Under the pieces are notes generated by a model, which saw only the letters and a program-made list of their open reading frames with translations, had not been told where the DNA came from and made no database searches. A program made the position numbers and the translations under genes. DNA of 63,830 nucleotides, the filler included, from Intoshia linei (lineage: Eukaryota; Animalia; Orthonectida): assembly GCA_001642005.1 (NCBI GenBank). It is 6 parts of 6 records of this genome, joined end to end, with 100 filler letters (N's around TTAATTAATTAA, not from the genome) between each part and the next. Parts side by side here need not be neighbours in the genome. Positions count along the whole stretch, not along the records: positions 10,293 to 22,921 come from LWCA01001063.1; positions 23,022 to 53,541 come from LWCA01000357.1; 4 more parts are not named here. One strand, given 5' to 3'. Positions 13,847 through 26,005 of this stretch are shown one piece after another. The first letter of the stretch is position 1. Each line of letters opens with the position of its first letter.

Positions 13847-15735
13847 TTAAGGTTTAACTTTGATTCTAATTTTTTGTTTATTTTTTTTGGTATTAAAGTG
13901 CAAAATTTCGTCTTTATTGTTTTCAATCAAAAAATTGCGTGCACTAAGAGTAATTTTGTCTGGGTTTATTTTAGACAATACAATAAAAATAATGTCTGAT
14001 CTAGACTTGATGAATTGTTGAATAAATTTTAATTTAGACTTTATATTTTCAACCGATGAAATAGTGTCTAAATGTAAAATATAAAATTTGAAAATTACAT
14101 TGTACAATGTACAATATTCTAACTTATATAATATACTTTGATTGTCTCTGTGTGTATGTGTTATCGCTAATTTCAATAACTACCAGTCTTAGAATTTTAT
14201 AAAGTCTACATTTCAATTACAGTTTTTACGGCGGATGTTAGCAAAATAAATTTCATCCTCCCAATTGCCCAATTGTCCTTTTTTTTGAAAATCAAACAAG
14301 TTAAAAAATTTAAAAAAATTAAAAAATATAAATATTGATCCTACAATTTCAAAAAAGTTCATAAAGTTGAGTTTTACGATAATGTTAATGCTTTTAAAAA
14401 GCATACTAGAATTTATATTATTTAAATACATAACATCCTCCCTAGAATTTATATTTTATAAAATTTTAGTACATGTTTTATTTTTGAAACATAGGGTATT
14501 TATGGTTTTGACCATGAAGGTGTGCGTTTCTGAGACTGAGATTTACGACAATGTTAATAATTTTATTATGGGTTCCAGAATGTATGTTTTATTCATTTTT
14601 GGGCTCATTGTTTTTAACAAAAGGGTCAATTGGGTTTTTGATCCTGAAGGACTCAAATTCGGAAACTGAAAAATAAATATAGACACGCCCTGGGAAAAAC
14701 TGTATTAGATATTGTGGTTTATTAAATTAGTATTAATATATTCTACAACTGTCAATTTTTTAACTAAACGGTAACACACACAGAAATTCTATTTTATATA
14801 AGTAAAGTACAATCTGTCACTATATATAAATCGACATAGTGTACCTTGTGAGTTGTAAAAAATTTTTTGATTAATTTTGCACATTGAATATATGTTGATA
14901 ATTGACATGTTTATTTTACCTAGACGGGTTCTCATTCTATATTCTTTATCAAGATTAACTTGTCTAAAACGTTCCATACGAGAATTTTTCATTTCAGTCT
15001 TTTCCAATAATTTTTCAAGGTTATTTTTTTCAATATTTAATTTCATAGCAGTTTCTTGGTGAGCTTGTCTATAACATTCTTTCAATTTTTTTTCCTTTTC
15101 AAAATTAGAATAATTAACCTCTATACTTTCTTCTAAATCTTTATTAGTATCTAAAATTGTTTTGAATCGTAGACGCAGAGAATTTAAATTTGATTCTGAA
15201 TGATCATCAGTATAGTTTGCTGGAAATAATGCTGCAACTTGTAGAAGATAATTTTCGTAAATTTTGAAACGACTAATGAAATTTTTTAGTTTGATTAATT
15301 TTTCCTCAAAAGTGCATTTTTTTATTTGGATAGATGCAATTTCGGAAACACATGTATTGTAATCTCGTTTCTCTGAATTGTATTTATCTAATGCTCTTTG
15401 TTGTTTGAATTTAATAGTGTCTATAAAACTTTGAAATTTTAATTTTCTTTCATTTAGTTGGCTAGTGATTTTCATTAGTTCAATGTTTTTCTTTTTACAT
15501 GCCTCCATCCTTTTTAAATATTCTTGTCTTTTCATTTTTAATGCTATAGTCATTTTATTTAGATAAACTGTTTTTCGAATCACTAGAGTCTTTTGTAATG
15601 TATGTCTACTGTTTTCTAGCAATTTTATGGCTGTTTCATCAAATTTTGTTTCACCATCATTTACTCCCATACATAAATTCTCAATCTCTTCTAATGTTAA
15701 TTCTTCATCTTTTTCATTCTTACCTACATTTTCTT
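13847..15735 (-). CDS. CCDC42/CFAP73/CCDC197-family (DUF4200) coiled-coil ciliary protein, at least 2 exons; start uncertain
   Basis: TLVIRK..L..KRQEY..RME..KF.SFI..K.QRA..KY..YENYLLQV pattern. An in-phase splice (donor 14844, acceptor 14068) joins to D-TISSVENIKSKLKFIQQFIKSRSDI, the family C-terminal motif. The frame is open upstream of the ATG at 15670. Confidence 0.7.
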
Positions 15736-17904
15736 TTTAATATTTTTTTATTATTTTATTTAATTATTTAAATTCTAGGACTCTTTAGTTATTGTACGTA
15801 AGTATTAAAAACGGTAATGTACTAATATATCTTATATTTTTTATACGTTTTGTATACTATACATATTATTTTTAGCATTTTTTGATAACATGGGTAATGA
15901 TCATACCTTTCTGGTTCTTTTCGTTTATTAATTGAGTCAAAAATATGCTTTTCACATCATTAGTATTATTTTTTTCTTTTTCTTCCATATTAAATATGAT
16001 TTGTTATTATGTTTAACCTTGGTTACACACATGTATGTATTTTTTGTATGTTGCTTTAATGATCTGTTTTATAGAAAATTTCTATTATATCAATATTATA
16101 GATTTTATAATTCACGTAATGTTACTAGTATGAGTAGATACAGCTCATAAATAAAATATGGACACAGTTTGTAATCTAAAAGAATAAATAACCAATCGCC
16201 AACTTAATAAATTTCCTAATGTAACTAATGTAAACGTAACTCACTAGTTCTGAGAAAATGTCAGATAAAAAAAATAATTAATAAAATATCTTTTGTTAGA
16301 AGCACATGGTAATGAAATTAGCAAAATAATAATAATAACAGTAATAAATTACTTTAAGATTGAAACCAATATTTCAATATTTCAAATTTGTATAATGTAG
16401 TCAATATGCATTTTTATCGAAAATGTAAGATGAATATTTTGATTCTTAATTTGAATTAAAAAATAAAAGACATTTTCACCGGTAATACGTAGATTTCCGT
16501 ATAAGATTTATAAGATTACGTAGATTTGACAACGCTCCCAGAATTTATCTTTTATTAAATTTAGAGACTGATTTTATTTTTAAACAAAAGATAAAATTGG
16601 GTTTTTGATCCTGAAGGAATCATTTCGAAAAAAGCAAAATTGAAATTTACGATAATGCTTCACTCTCGAAAAACTGTATTAGAAATTAAATCTTTTTAAA
16701 TTGTAGAATTGTTAAATGTTTTAGATAAACGGCAACACATTCAGACATTCAATTTTACTAATTTATATTAGTAATGAAGAAAATTTAAAATGAAAACAAT
16801 TTATTCTATAATTTTTAATTTATAATCATATTATATTATATTAACATGTATATTAAATATTGATACACACGTGTAATATGTATTTTTCAAACAAGTTAAT
16901 TATTTTTCCACATACATTCAAAATTTCGATTGCACCATGTTGACTTTGTATGCCAATTTAAAAACGACCGTATTTTCTGGTTATGATCCCCATATATTTT
17001 AAATGGATTTAATGTCTGGGGAGAGCAACCCAGTTCATAACCTCGGTAGAGTGACCTTACAAAAATTTATTAACGATAATGTGACAATTTATAACTAGAA
17101 TTATCTTATTGTAATACTTGATTGCTCTTATAACCAAAGATTTAGAAAGATTTATATCTTGAACACATAATTGTATCAACTAAGTTATTATCACCCTTGA
17201 AAACAACGAAATCACGCTAGTTAAATGTCACTACAAACCAAAGTTAAAACTGAGAAACTGAAGAACCAAGTTGGTTAAATTAACTAATATTATAATATTA
17301 AAACATTTTACGGTGTTTACACCAGAAAATATATGAATTATTAATTTTTAATTATAAAATATATACGCTGATACAAATTTTAAAATCATAAACATTATCA
17401 TAAATTTAAATTTAAAAAAATTATATCTTCAAAGCCAAAACCTAAAATTACCCTTTTTTTTATGAAAACAGCCCTAGAATTTAAAAACATTTACAGGTGG
17501 TACCAGTTGTATCCTATTAACACACACAAAAAATCTGAATCTGAATGTGTGACGACTTTACGGTCAAAAAAGCATTTTAGTATTCATATATTTTTTTCCC
17601 GAAATATTTTATTGAAACAAAAATCTGAAATAATTAACGGTCCGAAAATTAAAAAAAAAGATTTCTATGATAGAGCTTATTTCAGTTGATATAAATACAA
17701 AATTTCAACCCCAGAAATCTACGCGTTCCCGGTGAAAAATAATTTTTAATATATTATAAACCAATATTTTTCAAATATTTCGATTAAAATAAAAATGATA
17801 ATGTAAATATTGATCCTACAATTTCAAAAAAAATCTGCATTGAACGTCTACACATTTCTAATAAAGAAATATGGGTGAAAATCTATATAATTTATTTTTT
17901 AAAT

Positions 17905-18399
17905 TGACAAATCTTCAATGATATCATTTCCAACAATGGTATTGGTTGAAGCCACATTTTCTGTATTTAATTGCTTTTTCACAAACAAAAGAAATCAACT
18001 GGATGACCGAGGTACAATAAGATTGCAGTTTAATCAATATTTTGTATAAATATAAGTTTAATTTTTTTCGTGTAACTCGTTTAACAACGTTAGTATAAAT
18101 ATATAACTATTGCAATTAAAGTAAGAATATTCGTTAATATATAATTTCAATTTTGTAAAAGGGATTTCCAATTAGGAACGTGAAATAGTGCTTATTCTGA
18201 AGACTTTCCCAATACCAGTATCAATGAATAATTATAATTATTATTTAGTTTTGAAATTATGTACGGCTATATTTCGATAAATAACCATGTAGCTAGGTCA
18301 TAATTTGATCAAATTAAATTTGTTCGTAATAAAGGGAAAAGGTCGTTAAAATTTTTGTTGTTCAGAGGTTCGCGAGGTATAAAAGGTTAGAACCACTGG
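17905..18399 (+). mobile_element. Buster/Charlie-type hAT relic with 3' TIR
   Basis: SFPTMVLVEATFSVFNCFFTNKRNQLDDRGTIRLQ resembles FPTSYLVE.GFS...K.RN.L..RGDLRL. Ends in AGGTTAGAACCACTG. Confidence 0.55.
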
Positions 18400-18444
18400 T
18401 ATATACCATGATGAATTCAATATATAAAAATATTTTAGTGTATC

Positions 18445-18939
18445 CAGAGCCGTTTTAAGGCATGGGCAATATGGACTGTAGCCCAGGGCCACTCATTAAA
18501 AAGGCTCCCAAATTAATAAAAGTACTTCACACTTATATCTTAAAAAGAGGGCCCCAATTTATTAAAAAATACTTCACATTTATATCTTAAGAAACAGTTT
18601 ATAAGTTTTGAAGTGTGGGAATTCAAATAGCTAGAAAGAAAATTGTTTAAAGAATCAAAGTTCTGGTAAATTATTCAATTTAAAATATATTCTACAATAT
18701 TCATCATATAATATTGATATAAAAACTGTTTCAAATGATAATATTAAATATTATAACCTTTCTATTAAGTGAATATTCAAAACAGAAAGTAGGAAATCTT
18801 TGATTTCCTCTTATTAATATTCAAAAAAGGGGCTTCTAAAAAGAGGCCCTAAATTTTTTTTATCGCTTCGTTCAAAACTTTAAAGGACCTCCGGGCCTTT
18901 GCTTAGCCCAGGGCCACGAAGTGGCTTAAGGCGGCTCTG
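18445..18939. mobile_element. hAT non-autonomous element/MITE
   Basis: TIRs CAGAGCCG...TTAAG / CTTAAGGCGGCTCTG, perfect 8-bp TSD AGTGTATC on both sides, subterminal GCCCAGGGCC repeats. Confidence 0.9.
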
Positions 18940-19141
18940 AGTGTATCCCTGATAAATAATTTTTGAATTTTTAGGGTCCACGACGTTTATTAATTTTGGA
19001 AGCAATGTACAAGACGCTATAAATTGTTAAATACATTTGATATAACCCGGATTATTCATTATTGTTTGATTAACTATTTAAACAGTAAATAAATAATGAT
19101 TATGTATATTATTTAATATTGGCATAATTTAAAACTATTTC

Positions 19142-22100
19142 ATGTCGATGAAAGCTAAATTAATAGAAATTAATAAAAAACTGAAAAAATCGTATATTTC
19201 AATACCGAATCCAAATGAAAAAACAAGAATCTCTCAATTATTGTTAACTCTAACAGAAAATAATGTCATTAACTACATTAAAGATTTGAACATAATTAGC
19301 GAATTGGAATTAAAACCAGAAAACGATTCAATTTGGAACAATAACTACATGTTGGATAAAATTTCTAAAGAAATGTGTACATATAATGTTGATAAAAATA
19401 CTAATAATATAATAATAATGATTATTACGAATACTCAATCATTCATGTCCACTTTTTATTTATGTTTGCTCGAAATTTTAAATTTCATAATTGAACATCC
19501 GACATTATTGATAATATACGCCCATGAAATTGGTAATTTATCTGAAACCTGCAAATACCTGATATCTATGTTATCAAAGATTAACGTACTACAAAAAAAT
19601 GAGATTAATATTTTAACTTGGGCAACTGAAATGGAATATACTACTTTTGATACAATTGATTCGAATTTAATTGAAAAGTATCGTTTATTAAACCATAAAA
19701 TGTATGGTGATAATCAATATAATATTAGAGTCGACGAAAATGTTAAGATATCTTTTCATTTCAATTTTAACTTAAAAATTAATAATAATCTTACAAAGCT
19801 AAAAATTCCTTACACGACGACGAATAATTGGATACATCAAGATGACACTAATGAAAAAAAGAATTGTTCATTTATTGATTTGAAATATAAAAAAAATCAA
19901 AAGAATTTTTATGCTTCGAATGAAAAATGGGATAAAATATTAAAAGATGATTCATTTGAATTAAATTATTATGAAACATTGGCTAAATCTTTAAATGTTG
20001 AAAATAGTGATAAATTTTACAAAGTATTGTTAACATGGAATGATATTATTAAAAAAAATCGAAATGCAGATAATCACATTTATATTTTATTTAAAATGTG
20101 TTGTTTTGTTCAATTGGATAGTTTTATGCCATGTTCATTAAATAAGGTGTACAATATACCATATCAAAATGTTGAAGGTTTAAACTTACAAACAGATTTT
20201 GGACCTTATATAAATGCTCCAGTTTTGAATTGTGGTTCATTTTTTGATCATTATTTATGCAAAACCTCAATGGAGTCTGGTTTTGGGTGTACTAAAGAAC
20301 AACTAGATGAATTATACGCAACAAGAATGATAAATTTGGATGGCATTCCAGACAAGTACATTCCAATATTAGTAATGATTGCTAATGGAAGTGATAAAGC
20401 TTGGTTGGGATCAAAATTGTACAAAGATGATTCAATCGATTTGGATGATATTAATGATTACATAACTATTACTGATTCTGATGCCAGCTATATCGGTCCC
20501 AGCGTCATACATTATTACAAGGATTTAAATGCAAAATTTATCACTTATGTAAATACATTTAAAAATATAGAAAATGACAATGACATTAATATCAAAGTAA
20601 TTATTTCTGATTGGTTATTTGTGTCGACCAAAAATTGTAAATACACAAATATTTGTAAAGATTGTGGAAAACGTATTTATTATGATTTCGTACAACTTCC
20701 GGTAAATTCTAAATTAAACGATAAAAAAATGTCGAATCATTATGACGAATATGCCCTCACTGAATGCTATGACCCCGAATATACATACGGGGTACTGAAT
20801 TCATATGTATTCTCTCATAATTTGCACAATCAGTTGAATATCGCTATGCAATTGGTACATATCGCATACCTTTTAGTCGGTCATCCTATATCTATATCAT
20901 TACCAACACCAAATCACTGCATGGATAATATGATGATTTTTAATAAATCGTTATATCGTATGGACGTTGATAATGACGCTTGTTTTGATCCAAATAATCA
21001 AAAAGATGTAATTTATGATAATTTTTATAATAATGCCAATACCGTAACAAAAAATTTACTATGGCAGCAATTATTGTGGTTTAAGCACAGCCTGCTTAAA
21101 ATTTCCAAAATAAGCCCAAATAAACTATTGGAAGAATGTACCCATTACGATATGATTGATTTTTACTTTAAAAATATAATGTTGTGTACTGGTATCGATT
21201 TTTGTAAATTTAAAAGATATTTTAAATATTCCGATAAAAAAATTTTTTCTATGGTAAAATCAAGTCAAATTTGTCAAGAATTGACAATTACCTCTTTGTT
21301 AATGTGCAAAACCTTTTTCGTTGGGGACCCTTTATCTAATCTGAACGGTAAATTTAAAATTTTTAACGATTGTGATTTATTGAAAAAGTTGATAGATAAA
21401 AATCCTAAAAAATCAAGTTTTAAAATAATACCATCATTTTTTAAGAACAAAGATAGTTTTGAACAATTTAATAATTTAATTTTGCTGTCAAAATTAAAAC
21501 CCTCACAGTGGGATTTTGAAAATTTTCCCAAAAGTATAACTTTAAATAATGAAGTGGATATTGTAGAAGATTTATACAAGTTTAAAAACATGCATTCTAC
21601 TACATGTATACATCTCACCCTTGCCGAATTAAACTGTATAATTGAAACTATACTTATATTTAAAAAACGAGACATGGCAGAATGGAATCTTTGTGGATTG
21701 CAGAGTATCACTGAATTAAAAAAAGAATGGATTACTGGTAATAATTTCAAGCATTCAGTATTATCTGAAAATGTTGAATTAATTAATAACGTGCAGATTG
21801 GAACATGGAAAAATGAAATTGTTGATCCTAAACATAATTACCATTTTACAGAATGTTATAATAATTTAGGTCATTATTTGTATCAATTGAATAATAATGG
21901 CTACAGTTTTATTGAACACGTTAAAAACGTGATTACACCAAAAAAATCAATTTTGAGACCATTGTTTTATAACGTTCCGAAAGATTCAGTTTATAAGTAC
22001 GCTAAATACCCCAATATTAATGAATTGTCAACTTGTCAAATTGTAGCTGATTATATATTTTATAAATACTATAGTTATACTATGCTTGACGGGAATGCTA

Positions 22101-22552
22101 ATATTAAATATGGTTACAAACGAAATTATAGTTCCGATTTAGGTGTTTATGAATTTGATAAAAAGTCTGCGAATTTAAAAAGTCAAGTCATGAAAGGAGC
22201 ACAGTTCAATAATAAATTGCGGATGAAACCTTATAATTATATTAAAAAACTTTATAATCATATTATGGAAGTGTTTCAATATTTGAAAGAATCTACTCAA
22301 ATTGATAAAAAGAACCTATTTTGCAAGTCTAAAGATACAATTAATCAAGTCATCGAATCTTTAAATTACAATATGTTTGATTACCCTATACATTTTTTAA
22401 GGTTGAATGATATAGAAAGATGTATATTTATTGATTTAACCATTGTTGAGTGTACAGAAGGTAAAGAAGATTCCAATTTTATTTTTAATAAGAAATTATT
22501 CAATGAAGCAGTATTATTTATTCAAAATTTCCAATGCTATTTTCAAAATTAA
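19142..22552 (+). CDS. Intact intronless 1136-aa protein; probable endogenised totivirus-like (Ghabrivirales) capsid/Gag
   Basis: The ORF itself is certain (3.4 kb open in very AT-rich DNA). Ordered motifs NADNHIYILFKM, MINLDGIPDKYIPILVMIANG..DDSIDL, YGVLNSYVFSHNLHNQLNIA and ISLPTP recall L-A-like coat motifs (from memory). No RdRp motifs. Confidence 0.6.
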   Translation: MSMKAKLIEINKKLKKSYISIPNPNEKTRISQLLLTLTENNVINYIKDLNIISELELKPENDSIWNNNYMLDKISKEMCTYNVDKNTNNIIIMIITNTQSFMSTFYLCLLEILNFIIEHPTLLIIYAHEIGNLSETCKYLISMLSKINVLQKNEINILTWATEMEYTTFDTIDSNLIEKYRLLNHKMYGDNQYNIRVDENVKISFHFNFNLKINNNLTKLKIPYTTTNNWIHQDDTNEKKNCSFIDLKYKKNQKNFYASNEKWDKILKDDSFELNYYETLAKSLNVENSDKFYKVLLTWNDIIKKNRNADNHIYILFKMCCFVQLDSFMPCSLNKVYNIPYQNVEGLNLQTDFGPYINAPVLNCGSFFDHYLCKTSMESGFGCTKEQLDELYATRMINLDGIPDKYIPILVMIANGSDKAWLGSKLYKDDSIDLDDINDYITITDSDASYIGPSVIHYYKDLNAKFITYVNTFKNIENDNDINIKVIISDWLFVSTKNCKYTNICKDCGKRIYYDFVQLPVNSKLNDKKMSNHYDEYALTECYDPEYTYGVLNSYVFSHNLHNQLNIAMQLVHIAYLLVGHPISISLPTPNHCMDNMMIFNKSLYRMDVDNDACFDPNNQKDVIYDNFYNNANTVTKNLLWQQLLWFKHSLLKISKISPNKLLEECTHYDMIDFYFKNIMLCTGIDFCKFKRYFKYSDKKIFSMVKSSQICQELTITSLLMCKTFFVGDPLSNLNGKFKIFNDCDLLKKLIDKNPKKSSFKIIPSFFKNKDSFEQFNNLILLSKLKPSQWDFENFPKSITLNNEVDIVEDLYKFKNMHSTTCIHLTLAELNCIIETILIFKKRDMAEWNLCGLQSITELKKEWITGNNFKHSVLSENVELINNVQIGTWKNEIVDPKHNYHFTECYNNLGHYLYQLNNNGYSFIEHVKNVITPKKSILRPLFYNVPKDSVYKYAKYPNINELSTCQIVADYIFYKYYSYTMLDGNANIKYGYKRNYSSDLGVYEFDKKSANLKSQVMKGAQFNNKLRMKPYNYIKKLYNHIMEVFQYLKESTQIDKKNLFCKSKDTINQVIESLNYNMFDYPIHFLRLNDIERCIFIDLTIVECTEGKEDSNFIFNKKLFNEAVLFIQNFQCYFQN

Positions 22553-22695
22553 TAAATTTTTTTTTAATGTCTTCTTAATTTTTCTTTTGTCTTCAAAAAT
22601 GTAAAAATAAACCAATTTATTGAAAATGAAACAAGCTTGGCTGTTATGTACTTCGTACAAGTAGCACTGCTTATTGAGCAGCTATCTGTCGAATT

Positions 22696-22921
22696 TTGAA
22701 GTCTTTTGTCAGTATTTTGAAGAAACACGCTAGAAATTTAGGCAACGACGGGGTTGTGTCCTATCACTGCATGATTTACCAGGAAGCTTTATGTGCCAAG
22801 TCGCTTGAGATGGTGAACATGACAAGCGCCATCATTAGAGTTGTTAATTTTATTAGAAAGAATAGTACAAATCATAGGCAGTTCAAAGTCAGCATTGAGG
22901 ATTTCGACGAGTGTGATGTTG
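22696..22921 (+). pseudogene. hAT transposase fragment (SPIN/GTF2IRD2/EPM2AIP1-like)
   Basis: HCMIYQEALCAKSL...VVNFIRKNSTNHRQF matches HCIIHQEALCAK...VNFIR...LNHRQF. Cut by the spacer. Confidence 0.85.
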
Positions 22922-23021
22922 NNNNNNNNNNNNNNNNNNNNNNNNNNNNNNNNNNNNNNNNNNNNTTAATTAATTAANNNNNNNNNNNNNNNNNNNNNNN
23001 NNNNNNNNNNNNNNNNNNNNN
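22922..23021. other. Artificial contig spacer
   Basis: N-TTAATTAATTAA-N, 100 nt. Confidence 0.97.
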
Positions 23022-23628
23022 ATTAATTTTGATCTATATTAAAATGTAGTATGTAATATTAAAATGGAACATTCATAATGTATGTTGAATCAATAGCGTT
23101 ATTAATATGTTATATTAGTCTGTAAATAACTAAACATATATACCATATTGTATTAAATATAACTTTTACAAAACGGTAGTAATACGTTTAAATAGGGGGT
23201 ATTTTACCGTTATAATTATGTATATAATTAATATTATTAAGTATAAATTTATAATAAATAAATGCAATACTTGTATTGAATAGTATATGATTATGATTTA
23301 AATGTGTCATTTTAAGCAGGTATGCTATTATTGGATTCTTTTCATATTAATTTTTGTATACATTTATGTATTATTAGGAGGTATACGAGCTTGTATTAAT
23401 CATATTAAATATATTATAATGGTTAAACATTTTAAGTTGGTATGATTCCCATTATTTAGTATACATTAGAGTGTTAACTTTTTTATCGAATTTTAGAAAT
23501 TAATAAAATACACCCCCGTACGACATGAGAAATGCCTTCTAAATTAACACCATAATTTTTGTTTCACATATAATGACAAAAACACAGGCCCACTTTTACA
23601 TTTAAATAATATCCTTTTGCAATTTGAG

Positions 23629-24850
23629 CTAATGTTTATTAATTATATCTATGGTATCTTTAACTGACTCATCGTCAATGTACTTAAGTGACGCCCTATC
23701 TCGTAACACTTGGACTCGATGAATGGCTCGTTCGGGGACCTCATTGGTCATGGCTACATTTAAAGGAGGAATTGAAGTATAAGCGTGTCTTTTCAAAAAA
23801 CATAAGCAACAATTACACCTTTGTGGGAAAATACAATATGGAACTCCTGTCACGGCTGAATAGAGGGACTGTTGATATGAAGAAATGTTTTCGTATACGG
23901 TAGCATTCAACCAACAATGAACGAATGTGTTTGCAATAAATGTGCAACACTATTCCAACCCCGTTTGCCGAATACCTATTGTAAATATTGTACAATAAAT
24001 TATAATAATTACCTAAAATCCATGCTTGCAACGCTTATATAGCTCTCGAATTCCATTGAGCATTGCTTAATGATCTCAATTTAAGCCACTTAACTTTAGG
24101 CCAATCTCCAGTTTGCATAATTTTATATGCTGATGATAAATGTTCAAGTTCAAAATAGTCATCACGAATCCAATTGGAGTTTTTAGAAACACATTGAAAG
24201 TCATGAGACATTTCAGAATATGATTTGGTTAGTTTATCATAATTTGAATATAATTCATCTATAAGTTTATGTTTTTAAAAGATTAAATATAAATTTTTAC
24301 TTATGAATTCATAACCGATGTTTGGAGATTTGTTCATGCTTCCTAATTTCGCATCCATGTATAGCCGTAATAATCGATCTAGTATGTGTCGCTGACATCC
24401 AAAATATGGAATACTTCCAATAACATTTTTTTGTAATTTTCAAATTATCCCATTACGCCCCGTATTTACAGAACATGTTCAGATATTACCATCTTAATAT
24501 TATCTTGGATGGAATATCTTTCAATTATATTTTTTATAGCTTAATAAATAGTTTCTGCTTTACCGTTTGGTAGATATGCAACTCCAATTGGTAATCCTGT
24601 TTTCATGTTTTCGGATTCAAAGCATACTACTTGCATTTCCATTCCATCAACCCGCTTTCCGTCAAAATGAAGACTTAATTTTCGATCTGGAGCATTCTAT
24701 AACCGCAAGGTATTTTCCAATAATGGATTTAATGTTTGGAACTCGTATTAGTTTTTCAAGGCTTGCCTCCAATCGAGGAAAATCAGAACATCTCTTAACC
24801 TTTAAATTTATATTACCGGAACGCTCTTTCTGACTTTTAGTTGTAGTATT
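23629..24850 (-). pseudogene. Degraded hATm-like DNA transposase
   Basis: Across frameshifts and stops: TCSVNTGRNG, FGCQRHILDRLLR, IRDDYFELEHL, LSNAQWNSRAI, AMTNEVPERAI. Confidence 0.7.
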
Positions 24851-25280
24851 AGAAACATTAAAATATCAATAAAATCAATAATCACAATGCGCAAAATATC
24901 ATTATACAAAATCAAATTAAATGAATTGTTTATGTTGAATTAATAATAATGAAACAAGTATAATCGGTGTCTGATTATTCATGTATACTATACATACATA
25001 TTATGTATACTTTATAATAATTATAATTAATAATTCATTAATTTGCTCATATTAGGCGGTATAACATTACAGAAACATTTGTTTAGTTTGAAATTTCCAT
25101 TTAAATATTCTACTTGAAAAAATTGCATTTTAAATTCTAAATTTAAATTTAGAATGTAATGAAAATTATCTTAGAATTTGACAATTATATTATTTTGATA
25201 TTTTCAGTAAGTAATAATGCATCTGAATTGTATTTATAAATTTAAATATAAATGTATTATTTGAAGTCCATTCTCTAGAG

Positions 25281-25374
25281 CAGTGGTCACCAAACTTTTT
25301 GGCATGGAGGCGGAATAACTAAAAAAAATAATAATAATAAAATTCAACTGCGGGCCGGTGTTTGGTGACCACTG
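25281..25374. mobile_element. 94-bp hAT MITE
   Basis: TIR CAGTGGTCACCAAAC / GTTTGGTGACCACTG. TSD CTCTAGAG / CTCTACAG (7/8). Confidence 0.8.
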
Positions 25375-26005
25375 CTCTACAGCGACATTTATTTCAGCGA
25401 TGTATTGTTGGATCGATACATCATATATCGGCATAATCATAGATTTTACTAATTTATCGTATCTTTGATTTTTTCAAGAGATTTTTGTGGGTTTCTTTAG
25501 GGAAAATTTTGGGTCCAAAAATTAGTTGGGTTTTTAAGGGATTTTTTTAACCCAATTTTTAAAGATTTTTATAATTTTTAGACAAAAATTTAGAAGGGTT
25601 TTTAAGGAAACATTTTTTTTTATTTAATTTTTAAAAATTTTGAAGATACGTTGAAATATTTAAAAAAATTTCCCTTAAAAACCCCAGGTGTGCCCAACAC
25701 GGGGTTATACTGTAGTTTAATCAATAATTATTAATATTTTAGGATGTAATAGATTACATTAAATTTAATATCTTCTATAAAACTTAATCTAATTCATATT
25801 TACCTTTATAGATGCATTATTTGAGGTATTAATCTATACTAATAATATACTATATATAATTACTAATATACTAATTACATTGTATGATTTTAGTCAATAT
25901 TCGGAAAAAAAGAAATGAAAATTGATGACGGTGGTCTTTCTGCCAATAGTACCGTCGAAAAAGTCGCCAAATAGTAAAAAATGATGAATTAAATTTTTAA
26001 AAAGT

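Noticed and set aside
21274-21750. 158-aa antisense ORF within the 1136-aa ORF
   Set aside because: Shadow ORF with no motif.
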